Below, in pieces: positions 11,868 through 25,118 of a DNA stretch of 64,000 nt. Source of the stretch: Fimicolochytrium jonesii (Eukaryota); the NCBI RefSeq assembly GCF_025526975.1, contig NW_026515669.1, forward strand, positions 124,001 through 188,000, read 5' to 3'. The notes under the pieces are model-generated. The model ran no database searches. It saw nothing but the letters and a program-made list of their open reading frames with translations, and was not told where the DNA came from. Made by a program: the position numbers and the translations under genes. The stretch's first letter is position 1. Every line of letters starts with the position of its first letter.

Positions 11868-14420
11868 ATGACCCCAACAAACGTCTACTCGCCAGTGGTC
11901 GACGTGCCTCCAGTCCCCCCAAAACGAAGGAAGGGCGTGCAGCGGGGGTTGGAGGCAAGGCATATACAGATGATTGCTATTGGCGGAACAATAGGTGGGT
12001 TGGACAGGGGGATGGCAGCGAGTAGTGACATATGTATTGACACACTTTGTTTTATTAGGAACCGGACTTTTTGTGGGCTCAGGAGCGACGATTGCGATTG
12101 CGGGGCCTGTCGGGGCATTAGTTGCTTTTCTCATTGGTATGGGTGATCGCAGCTGCCCTACTATGGTCGCGCAAAGGTCAGTCATTAACTGCATCAAAAC
12201 GATCCATAGTCGGGACGATGGTGTTCTTTACGACCTCGAGTTTGGGGGAAATGGCGACGCTGTTTCCTGTGTCGGGGTCGTTTGTGACTTATGCGGGACG
12301 ATTTGGTATGGAGGACGTTCCATGTCTGAGTTTCTGCGGTGCGATGTGTGTATGAGATGAGCTGATGTTTTCGTGATTTTTTAGTGGATCCTGGTAGGTT
12401 TTGGCGAGCGGACAGTGGCGAGCGAAAGCGAGGAGAAACGTTGTTTAGGGTTGATTCGCGGAAGCGTGTCGGAGCGCTAAGCGAGCGCAACCTGTCCCAA
12501 TCGGACCCCCACCGCCCTTTACTCACCACTCCACCCCATTCCCCTCCTCAGCCTACTCATTCACCCTCGGCTGGAACTACTGGGCCCAATGGGCCGTCTC
12601 GCTCCCCTCCGAGCTCAGCGCGCTTGGGATCATCGTCTCCTTCTGGACGCCCAACGTGCCGACGTGGATCTGGTCCGCGTCCATCCTCACCGTGCTGGTC
12701 GCGGTGAACCTCGTCAGCGTAAAGAGCTTTGGGGAGGCGGAGTACTGGTTGGCGGCTGTTAAGGTTGTTGCTGTTATAGGTGCGGTGGAATTGGCATATG
12801 CCATGACATGTATTTTGTTTTCTTCGGTGGTGTGTGGCTTACTTTGATGTGTGATCTCCTCAGCGTTTATATTTGTGGGAGTGGCCGTTGATCTGGGCTG
12901 GCTGGGATCCAACCCTGCTGTCGGGTTGGAGTACTGGTCGATACCCGGCGCACCGTTCAAGGTAAAGAATGCCCCGATACCCTCACCCCGAAAACATCCC
13001 GACATTCCTGACCATGGTTTCATATCTTTCTAGAACGGGGTTCTGGGAGTGTTCAACGTGTTTGTGATTGCGTTTTTCAGCTTCGGTGGCACTGGTATGT
13101 CTTTGTCGAGCCCACCGACGAGAGTGTGGACTGACGATTTTTTTTTGGGGGTGTAGAGTTGATTGGGATCACGGCGGGGGAGGCGAAGAATCCACGCAAG
13201 AATGTGCCAAAGTAAGGGCTCTTTTGCAAAAAGACCAGATCCAACAGACTTGATGAAAATCGATACTGATTGTGTTTGCGATACAGAGCGATCAACCAAA
13301 CGTTCTGGAGAATCTTGTAAGTACCCCCAACCCGTCCCTCGCACAATCCAAAACCCCCCAAGCTCACACCCCACCTCCCCCGCCCCCCCTAGAATCTTCT
13401 ACATCCTCTCCATCCTAACAATCGGCCTCCTAATCCGCAACGACGACCCAACCCTCCTCGACTCCTCCACCCCCTCCGACATCTCCATCGCGCCCTTCAC
13501 GCGCGTCTTCCAATCCGCCGGTCTGAACTCCGCTGCCCACGCCATGAACGCCGTGATCTTCACCGCGGTGCTATCGGCGGGGAACACGGCGATCTATGCG
13601 GCGAGTAGGACCCTCATGACGATGGCGAGGGAGGGGAGGGCGCCCGCGTGGCTTGGGGTGGTGAATGCGAGGGGCGTGCCCGTCGCGAGTTTGGCGGTGA
13701 CGACCGCCGTGGGGTGCTTGTGCTTTTTGGGGACGGTTTTTGGAGGTGCGTCGTTTACTTTCTCTCTCATTTACCGCTTTCATGTTGACCTCACGCATGT
13801 TGATGTGACGTAGACGGCACCCTCTTCACAACCCTCCTCCACCTAACCGGCCTCTCCAGCATCCTCACCTGGCTCTCCATCACCCTCATCCACCTCCGCT
13901 TCCGCGCCGCCTGGACCGCGCAGAATCGCTCGTTGGACGACTTACCCTACCGCGCACCCTTCTTCCCATACGGGCAGTATCTAAGCCTGGCGTTGGGTGC
14001 GGCGGTCATTGTGGGGATGGGGTGGGCGGCGCTGGACGAGGGGGGAAGGTGGGTGGGCGTCGTGGGGGTTTATCGTATGTATCGGTGGGCTTTTGAGTCC
14101 TCTTTCCTTCCCCTCTTTTTTTTCCGTGTGCCACCACTTTTGTTAACATTCCCCCCCCGCCCCCCCTCCCCCCCTTCCCCTGTGTTTTTCACACAGTCGG
14201 ACTCCCGCTCTTCATCCTCCTCTACCTCGTGCACAAGTACCGCAACAACACGAACCTGATCCCGCTGCTCGAATGCGATCTCGACACGAATCGGTTGCCC
14301 CTGTATGAGAATGAGGAGGAGGATGGTGAGGAGGAGGAAGGCGGGGAGGGGGAGGTGGAGGTGGAGTTGACGGAGAGTGAGGGGGAGGGGTGGGTTGGTG
14401 GCGGTGGCGGTGGTGCGTAG
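11868..14420 (+). CDS. Amino acid permease (APC/YAT family), many exons; start uncertain (may extend upstream)
   Basis: RGLEARHIQMIAIGGTIGTGLF, SLGEMATLFPVSGSF, RFVDPAYSFTLGWNYW, FGEAEYW, GEAKNPRKNVP, MNAVIFTAVLSAGN, DLPYRAPFFPYG. Confidence 0.9.
12394..12551 (+). repeat. Permease intron with the same intronic repeat core
   Basis: GCGAGCGAAAGCGAGGAGA at 12418-12436, plus GCGGAAGC and GCTAAGCGAGC. Confidence 0.65.
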
Positions 14421-15448
14421 GTGGCTAGAGCGTACGTCAGGACGTGAATTTTTGGACGCTTGCTGGGGGGTGGGGGCGTAGAGCGTATGTGCGTGTGTGT
14501 GTAGGTAGGGGGCGCTGTGTGGATGTAGCTTGTGTAGAGGATGGGATGGATGATGCTTATGACGTGGATAGACGCTCAACCTTGCAGATCGGTGGTGAGG
14601 TGGGAGTATCGGGGACCCCACCGCTCTCGGAATGGGTCTTTGGGGTCCAAATGTGGGGAGGCTCACCCGCCCCTGATCACCCCCCTGCGGACATCTGAAC
14701 GATGCGTCCTGTATATATATAAACGTACCGTCCGTGGGAGCTTTCAACAAGCTCTCGGTCTACGCAGTCCCACTTTCTGCTGGAGTTGGATGGCTATTTT
14801 GAAGGCTGGGAGGGATTCGTCGGTCCCGCAAGAAGCCGTCAGAAGATTAACCGTAGATACATGTGCGCGCATGAAACCTAACTCCCACCAGTCTCCGCGA
14901 CAATCGTTCTTTCCGAGAGGAGGTGTTTCCTCGCCGTGTCGTGACGTATGGCAATCGAAGAGGCAATTTGGGCTGTATGTTATATCGACCCGCTTCCGGC
15001 CAGCTTGGAGTGTTCAAGTCTTTGCGAACTTGAGCTCCAAACTCGGGACCATGTCGCTGGCTCAGGTTAAGGAAGGGGGTACGACGCCTGTGTTTGCTCG
15101 TCCAGCCTGCTGCAATCGACGGATAGAAGCTTTCCTGGAGGTGCATCTTCAGCCGATATTCGTAGCGGTATGCGACACGTTGGGCAAAGTCCCCGCCACT
15201 GCATGTCCGTGTCGGTCTTTTTGCTTCAGCCATTCCGACGACATGGGTGCATTGAAAGGCGGGCGGTGTTCAGGTCGGTGTTCATCCATCCGGGCAGGAT
15301 GACGGAAATCGACAGCGCGCGCGGGCTCATGCTGACGTACACCCGTCTGGATCTTTCTGTTTACGTTGATCCACCGTTGACTCGGTGAAAGGCCCGTTGA
15401 CTCGTTGAAAGACAAGAACTCCTACCACGTTTTCGGTCCACCGCCGAC

Positions 15449-17009
15449 ATGAAGAGATACGGAGGGGCGTCGACGTGCATCCTGCTGCCGGTGTTGGCAG
15501 GATTATTTAGCCAGCCACAAGACGTTGCGGCGGAGCTTGGTAGTTGCAGCAACTTGGACTCTTCCTCGTTTGCTTCTGACAACGTTGGTAAGCGGAAATA
15601 TTGATGAGGGGTTTGCATCCCTCTCCCGGCTGCTGTTGCGCTGTCTTGTGAACACGTCGATGGCCATCCATCCTGCGAAGTTGCTCTTGGTTTGGTGCTC
15701 ATTGACTTATCCTTGACGTATGACTTTTCCAAGTGAATGGACGTAGCTGGCAATCGGCAATCACGACCCGCAACGGGTTTCAATACGCGACATGGTGGGC
15801 TGCCAATCGAACGGCCATGGTCGGCCGACGCCGATTGAAGCCAACCGGAGCTTGGGAAGTGGCTGCTCTGAGCTACTCTCTCCCTGATGACACCTACCTC
15901 CGCGACTCGAGGAACGCCATCAGTATGGGGATCTCACCCTCCGATGAGCGGATCCATCTCGCTTTCAACATGCACGACAGTGAGCTATTTTACATTGGCA
16001 GCCAGAGCGACATGACGTCCGTTGCTGGTCATTCCTTGTCGTGGGGAGGGCATCGATTTGGTATTATGATCAACAAGTTGGCTGGGACGCCCATTGAAAG
16101 CGTTGTCGCGTACCCTCAATTTCTTGTTAGTCCGACCAATTATCTGCAGATGTTTTACCGAGTTGGGACAGTGGGTAATGGCACCAATGCCATCGCAAAC
16201 TACAATGCTTCGACGAATGTGTGGTCGGCCTAGGGCTCATACACCAGTCCCGCCGGAGTCTACACCACCTCAGGCAAAAGCAGCAGTGGGCCTCGATCCT
16301 TCTTCCCATCTGGCCCAGCATATGGTACAAACAACGTCCTCTACGTCTTCGGAACATTCCGAGAGAGCGACCAAAGTTTGCTCTGCAGCGCGGGCGGCTT
16401 ATCCAACGAAGGACGTACTTTATCCAGTCCGGCGACCTCGGCCGGAACTGGAATACCGTGAAAAACAACCCCGTCGCGAAAACCGGCAGTACTCCCTCCT
16501 TGGCTGTTGACGATCTGTACGTGAGAGCAGACGACGTTGGCATCAACCAAGCCATGATGAATTCGGAATCCATGGTCGTCACGAGCAGCAAGAGTTCAAC
16601 CCTCCCGTTCACTCTCGTTTCCCACGTACCATCGGCGTCACTTTCGTGTTCGACGGATTGGCAGAACGATCGCATAGCGTATGGCAGAAACTACTTGCTG
16701 AGACGCGTGTCCGGGGGGTTCAACAAGACGCTGATTGATTTCCCGCTGAACGGATGGGGCACATCCCATCTCGTCCTCGACAGCAAGGACAACGCGTACG
16801 TGATTTACAACGACCTGCGGGTGGTTCGCGGCTCCAAGGCGTCCGGTTGGCTGACCTGGACGCTGTTGTCGGATTTCGGAAGCGAGCTTGGATACTCCTC
16901 TGCATCTTATGCCATCGACAAGTCGCGGTCGCAGACGGAGAATGTCGTGTCGCTGCTGTTCCAGATGCCGACGGGGGTACGGGTGATTGATATAGTGCTC
17001 AATCCTTGA
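15449..17009 (+). pseudogene. Secreted BNR_4-like (BNR-repeat beta-propeller) protein, apparently disrupted
   Basis: Signal-peptide-like exon 1, then intron 15588-15733. Protein continues NGRSWQSAITTRNGFQYATWW, ISMGISPSDERIHLAFNMH, YPQFL, FYRVGTVGNG. In-frame TAG at 16231-16233. Family-like sequence continues in the same frame (GTFRE...GGLSNE) and then needs a frame change at ~16411 to reach YFIQSGDLGRNW. Confidence 0.72.
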
Positions 17010-17929
17010 ACGAAGTGCACTATAAACTGCTGTAGCACGACCCTTTTTGGTAGCACAGGAACGTTTTGGTAGCAAAGTCCGCAGCCCTGTTTTTCTCGAA
17101 TAAACTATACGGCTGCATAAACCCCTTGCTGAATGCTAGTCGATTCCGGGGATCAGTGCCATGTCAGCTGCATCGTCAATGAGCGCGACCACTACAGCAC
17201 AGCAAGAACGGGTCACTAGTGAGCGTCGTTCACGACCACATGGAGCCGTGGTCAAATCCGTTCAATGCCACTGGTCCCTAGGTCACCGCAAGATTTATCG
17301 AACTTAGGACTTTGAAATCCATTTGGGTTATTCGAACAGTTACCGTAACCCTTCCTGTTGTATGTGGAATGGGAATGGGGGTGCAGGAGGTCATGGCTGT
17401 CTCCTCAGAACCAGGTCTGCGTAGATTTGCTGGCGTCGGCGTGGCAATGTTGCAAGATGCCTGGATGAACTGGGCGACGAATCTGGCTGGCAATTCGAGT
17501 TGGGGGCCCATACTTGATAAAAATCGTAGGCTTACTGGCCTGCCTGATTGTGATAGTTGCCACCGGAGAAGAGAGCGACTGTAACCGTCGCCTTGGTAAA
17601 AAAAAAGCTAGCGACTGCGGTGGTATTCAACACTGTTCTGTGACCTACCCAACTCGGTAATTACGAATAGCACACTTGTTCATTCTGATGTCAACGTGCG
17701 GCGGATTTCCGTTTCTGAGCTCAGGTCGCGCTGTCGAATTCCGTCAACACAACGGGGACGCACTTCGAATCCTGGAGGGGTTTCTGATTTTGTTCTTTCC
17801 AGCCGGCTTGCTCCCGACGACAACGACGGCGACGACGACGACGAGGATCCCGTCCAAGTCACTGCAACTGCCGGCACATACCAATAACCCCACTGTTCCA
17901 TACCCCGTCAGTCCGTCCCTCCGCATAGA

Positions 17930-19336
17930 ATGACCGGCACAAAGAAAGGTGCACGGCGCCGCAAACGAGCAGCCGCAGCTCGCCCAAAGCGCTCCAACAC
18001 CCACACCCGGCGCGACGATGACGACGACACCCTCTACAACGACACACCCACAACCGAGCAACACAGGCGAGGAAATGGTTGGACGAAGGCAACAGGGGTG
18101 GTTGGGGAGGAGAGCGCTGGGGGGCGAAACTCATTACGGTTGAACCCGGCACAGAAGGCCCGAGAAATCACCGCGGCATTACGGACGGGCGATCTAACAA
18201 CTCTCCGCCAACTAGCCCTTTCCCAAGGCGGATTTCTGAACGATCGCTTACGGCGGAAGGCATGGCCGGCGCTACTCACCGCCGTCGGTGGGACGAATAG
18301 CGACACACCATCACAATCCCCACCGCGCGACGCCCCCCAAGTCGCCCTAGACGTCATCCGCTCCCTCACCCATCTCATCCCCCCTCACTTCTCAACCACC
18401 CACCAAATCCAGATGCGCGCGCATCTCTCCCACACCATCCTCTCCGTCCTCGCGCAGTACCCCTACCTGCACTATTACCAAGGCTACCACGACATTGCGT
18501 CCACGATCCTGCTCACCCTCGGGCCAACACCCAAAACGATCCGCTGCCTCGAAACAATCTCACTCTTCCATTTGCGCGATTTCATGGCGCCCACATTACA
18601 GCCCGCCTTGCAGTATCTCTCCCTCCTCCTCCCGCTCCTGCGTCGATCCGCGCCGGACGTCCACGCGTTCTTGGCACAGGATGTGGCCGGCTTCACTCCC
18701 TGGTTCTGTCTCTCCTGGGTCCTCACCTGGTTCACCCACGACCTCGCAGACTCCTCACATACCATCGCACCGCGCCTCCTCGACTTCTTCCTCGCCTCCA
18801 ACCCGCTCATGCCGCTCTATCTCGTCGCGGCAACCGTCATCTCCCGCCGCGCGGACCTGTTTGCTCTTCCTGATCCCGATTACGCGATCGTGCATCATTT
18901 CTTGTCTAGTTGCGCGCGCTTCAGCAACCTAGACCATGTCGAAGACCTGATTCACGCGGCGGGAGAGATGTACGCGCGCTTCCCGCCCCCGACGCTGCAG
19001 GGGGATGTCGCTGCGTTACGGTTACCCCCGACGTCGTGTGTGGAGCGCTGGGATGTCGATGTACTTCCCTTTTGGGAGTCCACAACAACAGCAACGAAAC
19101 GCAAACCCCGCCACCTAACCCCCGCCGAATGCATGGCCCAGCTAATAGCCTACACCACCGCTCAACAGCATAATCTTTCCACCCAAGCGAGCAGTAAACA
19201 CACGTTGGGGAAGGTCTTGCGACATGTGACACTTGATGGCGCGCGGCAGATGGCGATTGTGGCGGCGATGGCGGGAGCGACGGCTGTGTGCTGGTGGGTG
19301 GTAGAGAATGGAGGGGTGGGGTATGCCGTCGGGTGA
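17930..19336 (+). CDS. Rab-GAP TBC domain protein, TBC1D20/Gyp8-like
   Basis: GGFLNDRLRRKAWPALL, QVALDVIRSL, LHYYQGYHDIAS, FCLSWVLTWFTHDL, RLLDFFLASNPLMPLYL, and a C-terminal hydrophobic tail. Confidence 0.9.
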   Translation: MTGTKKGARRRKRAAAARPKRSNTHTRRDDDDDTLYNDTPTTEQHRRGNGWTKATGVVGEESAGGRNSLRLNPAQKAREITAALRTGDLTTLRQLALSQGGFLNDRLRRKAWPALLTAVGGTNSDTPSQSPPRDAPQVALDVIRSLTHLIPPHFSTTHQIQMRAHLSHTILSVLAQYPYLHYYQGYHDIASTILLTLGPTPKTIRCLETISLFHLRDFMAPTLQPALQYLSLLLPLLRRSAPDVHAFLAQDVAGFTPWFCLSWVLTWFTHDLADSSHTIAPRLLDFFLASNPLMPLYLVAATVISRRADLFALPDPDYAIVHHFLSSCARFSNLDHVEDLIHAAGEMYARFPPPTLQGDVAALRLPPTSCVERWDVDVLPFWESTTTATKRKPRHLTPAECMAQLIAYTTAQQHNLSTQASSKHTLGKVLRHVTLDGARQMAIVAAMAGATAVCWWVVENGGVGYAVG

Positions 19337-19600
19337 AATGGGACTCGGAGGATGTCGAGAGCACTAGGATGGGGTAGACAGGTGGTGTTGATGCTTCCAT
19401 TCGGCTCGAACAGCGTTTATGCACTTTCAACGCCTTCCCTCCTTTCGGCCGGCGTCAACCCCCACGCGATTCATGCTCCAATCACACCTTATCGCGGTGC
19501 ATTGAAACCAAAAAAAGTTCGCGTGTATTTACAATTCGCACCGGGCGGCGTCCATGCTGGGATCTCGCGTCGTGTCCAATGACATCGGGCCATCAAAAAA

Positions 19601-22600
19601 CTATCGAGAAACTTCACCACAAAACGCCCCCAACACCACCCCCGCGCCTTTTTTACTCAACGCCCCATTCCCCTCCTTACACCCCGCCCTATGCACACAC
19701 CCCGGACACCCGTCCTCACATGGACACTCCCTCACAACCACCCACGCGCGCCTCAACAATTCCGGAATATGTCTGAACGCCTTATACACCAACCCGCCAC
19801 CTGTCGTCGTCGGTGTCCTCATTCCGTCATGAGTGGTAGGAACAGCCGACGACGAGTCGTAGATGATGATCCGGGGCACCCTGAACCGCCCCGCGCGCGG
19901 ATGCTTACAATCCGTCCTGATATCCGTCTGTCCCGTGGTCGGTATCACAACACACGTGGGCAGCAACCCCAACAACGCGTGAGCGGCGGCGTGGACGCTA
20001 AACTCGACATTGATCCCCCGTTCCTTCAAAGAAGTGACGGCGGGGTGGGGAACGTCAACCCAGAACCCCGCGCGGTGTTTTGTGATGGGCGGGTTTTCGA
20101 GCCCGTCGACGGCTTCGAGGATTTGTTTGGTCCGCGGGTTGAGCTTGAAGTAGCCGAAGACGGTGGTTTGGAGGCGGAGGAGGCCGTAATTTGCGATCGG
20201 GGGCGGGGGCTGAGTCACTTCATGCGGTGGGGTCTCGGCCTCTGCAGCATCAGCTGCTGTGGCAGATGAGACTTCCGCCCCCGCAACAACAACCACCTCC
20301 CGCGTCTCCAAGATCTGAATCGGATCAACGTCCGTGAAATCCCTATTAGCAGTCACATAGTCCACCGTCGTTGGGCGGACTTTGGCCAGTTTCTTGTCCG
20401 CGTCGACTTCGAATACGATGTAGGACCGGCCTTGTTGGATGAACACCGAGCCTGTGGGGTAAAACCAATAGAACGCGTTGAATTTGAAGCACACGAGATT
20501 TTGGAAATTGAGCAACAACGATTTTAGGGAGACACGCAAAACGCACCTTCGTAAAGCGTGAACGGCACCCTCGACATCTCCACATCCTCGATATCCCGAT
20601 GCGTCGTCACGTCAATCACGCGATAATGGTCCTCGTCGATGCTGCGGAGGGAGATCTGGCGGGATGGGTGGGAGGTGTATTTCGCGTGGGGGAAGAATAC
20701 CTAGCATTCACCCCACGTCCCCGTTCCGTCAGTCTTGCACGAGCCACCATGTCTAACGACTTTGTTTTTTTTTTTTGATCATACCTTGAATGTATCATCC
20801 CACCTCAAATACCGTCCACAAAGCGACTCCACCACCCCCAGGTCGCCCAAAAAGCCCATGTCCGCCCCCTTCGCCAACGGCCACTCCCACGCCGCACACT
20901 GCAAATGCGCATCCACCACCAACTCGTTTCCCAAATCCACACCACTAGTCTCCACCTCCGCGCCAAACAACTCATCCGGGCGGGAAGCGTAAAACTGATC
21001 CAGCGGCGAATCCCCATCACACACCATCACGCTCATACTATCCCGTTCCCTCCTGCCCGCGCGGCCGGACTGCTGCCGGTAGGAGGCGAGGTTGAAGGGG
21101 AACCCGAGATGGAGGACGGCGTCGAGGGAGCCGATATCGACGCCGAGTTCGAGGGCGTTGGTGGCGACGATGCAAAGGAGTTCGCCGTTGAACATCTTTT
21201 GTTCGATGAGGCGGCGGTCGGCGGGGTTGTAGCCGCCGCGGTAGGACATGGCTTTTGGGATGAGGTGGGGGAGGTGTTCGCGGAGGTGGGTGTGGAGTTC
21301 TTTGAGGAGGATCTCGCACATGCGGCGGACGCGCGCGAAGCAGATTGTGCGCACGCCGTGGTGGATTAGGTGCGCTAGGAGTTTGACCGTGTCGTCGAGG
21401 GCGCTGCGGCGGCCTTGGCTGGGAAGTGAGGGGGTTTTGAGAGGCGGGTTCCAGATGATGTGCAGTTTGCGGCCGGTGGGCGAGCCGTCGGCGGAGATCA
21501 CGCGGATGGAGGCCGGGGCGAGTCCGAAGAATTGGCTCATGTGCTGTTATTATACAAATATTCAGTATACTGTGCTCTCGCGATTTGTGTCATGTAAACC
21601 CTCACCTCTTCGGGATTGGCCACCGTAGCAGAGCAACTGATGAACTTCGTGTCATCATTTGCATAGGTATGGCAAAGCCGTCTCAACCGCCGCATCACCA
21701 TGGCCGCATGGCACCCAAACGTCCCCGAATAATAATGCAGCTCTGATAACCGTCACCCCACACGCGTCAGTCGCTAGCCCTCGATCGCCCTTGCTACTCT
21801 CACCTCCCCAACTCACCATCCACAATAACAAACCTCAAATTCTCCAACCACCCTTTCCACTGCTTATGCCCCGGCAAAATTGCCACATGCAGCATATCCG
21901 GGTTCGTGAAAATGACATTCGCATTCTCACGGATATGCCCGCGCGAGCCGTCGCTCAGGGACGTGTCGCCGTCGTAGGTGTCGACGAGCACGTGTTGGAG
22001 GTGCGGACAGTGGGTGAGGATGGCGAGTAGGGCGCGTTTCTGGTCTTGGGCCAGGGCCTGGGGGTTGTATGTGAGGAAGGGTCCGAGGGGGTTGGAGGGT
22101 GGCTGTGGGATCTGTTTTTGATTTACCTTGGTGGGGAAGATGAACATGGCGCGAACGTTGGGGTCGCGTTCGAGGGCGCGGAGGACGGGGAGTTGGTAGA
22201 TTAATGACTTTCCGCTGCGATATGCATCACATCAGTTTCCACCCGCAGAACGCTGCGACACCCAAGAGCATGGGCCCACACACCTACCTCGATGTTGACG
22301 TGCTAACAATGATATTGAACCCCTCCTCCACCGCATTGATAGCTTGCGCCTGATGTGTATAAAGCCGCTCAATCCCGCTCGCCTCACGAAGCGCGTGCGC
22401 AATCTCGTCTGAAAGCGGGTTGTTCGAGTCCTCATACTCCGCCTCTCGATGAGGTTGCACCACCAGCCCGTTGTCGACGATCTGGCCGTCGTAGAAGGGC
22501 TCCTTCTTGAGGTCCTCGATGAGAGCGACGAGGCTGGTGGGGACGGCGGGGAGGTCGGAGGGGAGGTTGGAGTCGGGGAACGCGGTGTTGGTGTAGTGCA

Positions 22601-23801
22601 GCTGGTTGGGCTCGGTGGGGACGGCGCCGAGGGCGAGGTCGCGGACTTTTTCTACGGGGTCGGTTTTCTGCGAATCCCGGAAGGAAGAGATGGGGCGGGC
22701 GGATGAAGTTTGCGGTCAGTGCCCATCAGAAGTACATGCTTGGCTGGATTTCACCAAATTGACATGGGTACCCACCTCCTCCAAGCACATCCCAACAAAA
22801 TTCATCATAAACTCGCGAAAGTTCCGATTACGCCTGTCCACCAACGTCGGCACCGCATGACTCTTCCCCGACGCCGCCGTCTGCTCATTCAGCGATACCG
22901 ACTTCCACCCAATCTGATGACCCCCCGTGTCCACCAGCTTGCGTTTGCCATACACCCTCACCGGCCGCGCGTCCGTGAACTCGATGACGAGGAGGTACGT
23001 CGAGTTGTCCGGGTCGTCTGGATCGATCATCTCGCGGATCGTGCCGTCCTCCAGTTCCTGCCGCTCAGCCCAGTAGAGAGTCATCAGTGGGGGCGCAATG
23101 GCTCGCATGGCGCCGAGGTCGGCTAATGTGAGTTTGCGACCGCTGAGACGCTTGACGGAGCGTTTGAGGCCTTCGTGAGTGCATACCATCTGGCGTTGCA
23201 CTTGGCAGAAGGAGTGGACGGTGTTGAGGCATCGGAATTGCTGCTCGAGGTCGGCGAAGAAAGTAGGGAAGTCGGGTGGGAGCGGGTCTTCTGAGGGTTC
23301 TGGCGTCTTTTTCGTTTTCCGCTTCTTGTTTGGTCGAAGGTCCGCCGCTGCTGGGTCAGTGGATTCGACGTCAATATTGGCGGGTATTTCTGAAGGCACA
23401 TCAGGCAGCTTTGCCCCTGCAGCACAGTGCCTTTGATGTCTCGTCAGCCCTCCTTTGCTTTTGAGGGTTCTTCCGCATAGGCACACGAGCGAGAGATCCA
23501 CAGCGACTTCTGCGGATATGGATCCCGTTGAGCCCTCTGAACCTGCTAACGTTTCACTCGGGCGTCCCTCTGTCACCGCTCCACCATCTCTTGCCTTCTC
23601 GGTGATACTCTGGGTGATACTGGCCGTCAACACCGACGCGGCGTCGTCGTCCACATATACCACCGACTGTGTGAGCGGCGGTCCTTGGGCTGCATTCCCT
23701 TCAGCGGACGGCCGACCAAGCCAGTCTTTCGCCTTCTCTGTTTCCTTCTTTGCCTTTGGTTTTGTTTTTATTTTGATCGCAAAGCCTGTATCAGCCGTCA
23801 T
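19601..23801 (-). CDS. HRQ1: Hrq1/RecQ4-like DEAD/DEAH helicase with C-terminal DUF1998 Zn-binding domain, multi-exon
   Basis: FPTKALAQDQ (spliced), TYDGDT, TNPDMLH, VDELHYY, SYRGGY, IVATNALELGVDIGSLD, QQSGRAGRR, and terminal CPCEDGCPGC. Confidence 0.92.
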
Positions 23802-25118
23802 TCTGTCAAGGGGCCCGCAGCACCCGGCGTGGGTCGAAGACTTGAGCAAGGACTCCCCGAGCCTGAGCAGCTGAGGATGAGTCTTGAGGTTCCCAGCACA
23901 ATTTTGCCTCTCCTGTCTTGCTGGATGCGACAACTTTTACGAAGCAACGGTTCGAAGGGAGAGCGCTGGGGCAACTGTGGCTGTGCAAGTCAATCAGCAA
24001 ATGGCTCTTCACTTTTGACGGGTTATGACAGGCCCGGCTCCGTTTTGGTCGATGCCTCCTCCCGCTGGCATGACTTTTCCCTCATCCCTTGTATCCAATC
24101 ATGCACACTACCCTTTGGACGAAAACCAAGAAGGAAATGAATCTTGCCGCGTGGCTAAGACGCTGTGTGGAGAAAAAGGATCCGTGCTCCCTGACATGCA
24201 AAGCAAACGGCGCGGAGTTGTTTGGTGGGGGGTCTGTAATCCATTTCCAATAGGCAGCTCTTCATTCTCCGTCGTGACAAAATCGGATGCGGGAACAGCT
24301 TACCGGCGTAGTGCATAATTATCTAAAACATGTCAACTCAACGAATGAGGAATGTTGTTCCATCAGAGCAGACAGGCAGTCGCAGACAACTCGTTCTAGG
24401 GGAAGGTCAATAAAACCGGCCAATGAGAACGCCATTACGCGCCATAACATCACGCGCCATTTCCAGATGCTCTAAAGCGTCTCGCAGCTTATACATGAAT
24501 GTTGCGAGCCCCGCCACGATGTACTGTATATGACCGGGTTGATAATTGAAATTCCCCAGAATAACTTGCTGACGTGGCCTTGTGTGTTGATCTCGTGGGC
24601 GGCTAGGCCTGTTGCCATGGACTGGACGACGAACACTATTAAGGCTTGGGTTTTGACAGGGTAGACCGCCGCGTATCTGCCATTGTACATTCCATCAGCG
24701 ACGATATTGCGGGGTTGATGAAATCAGATCACATGTCCAATCGATAGCCACGATCATAAGCTGGAACCGCACTTGTAAGCAGCTGCCACTACCAATGTGA
24801 TATTGCGAACCTCGGGAACGAAGCCCTCGAGTACGGTGCGCACGGCCATCACCGTTCTGGACGAAGATTCAGAACCCTGGCCTTGCTATACCTGCGGCGT
24901 AAGATGCGCTTGGAAACCCCCTCTGCGCGACTCCCGAGCATCAAAGTGCTGATGACGGGCGAGCATGGGGATCAATCGACTTCTCCAATTCTTCATATGT
25001 TCACCTTTCCAAAATTGATAATGTACATCTATATAGACAACCCTTCGTGATGTCAGCCATCGGACGGCGAGCCGGCTCGAGATCGACGGAAGAACGAGAA
25101 GCGCTCTACTCGTGCTCT

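Noticed and set aside
16231..16233. Stop-codon reassignment or readthrough at TAG
   Set aside because: Other genes here end in TAG (PRP3, RPT2, RPT3, IWS1) and the same gene has a separate frameshift, so pseudogenisation is simpler.
24000..25000. Small ORFs between HRQ1 and the LRR gene
   Set aside because: Short, with no recognisable similarity or gene structure.
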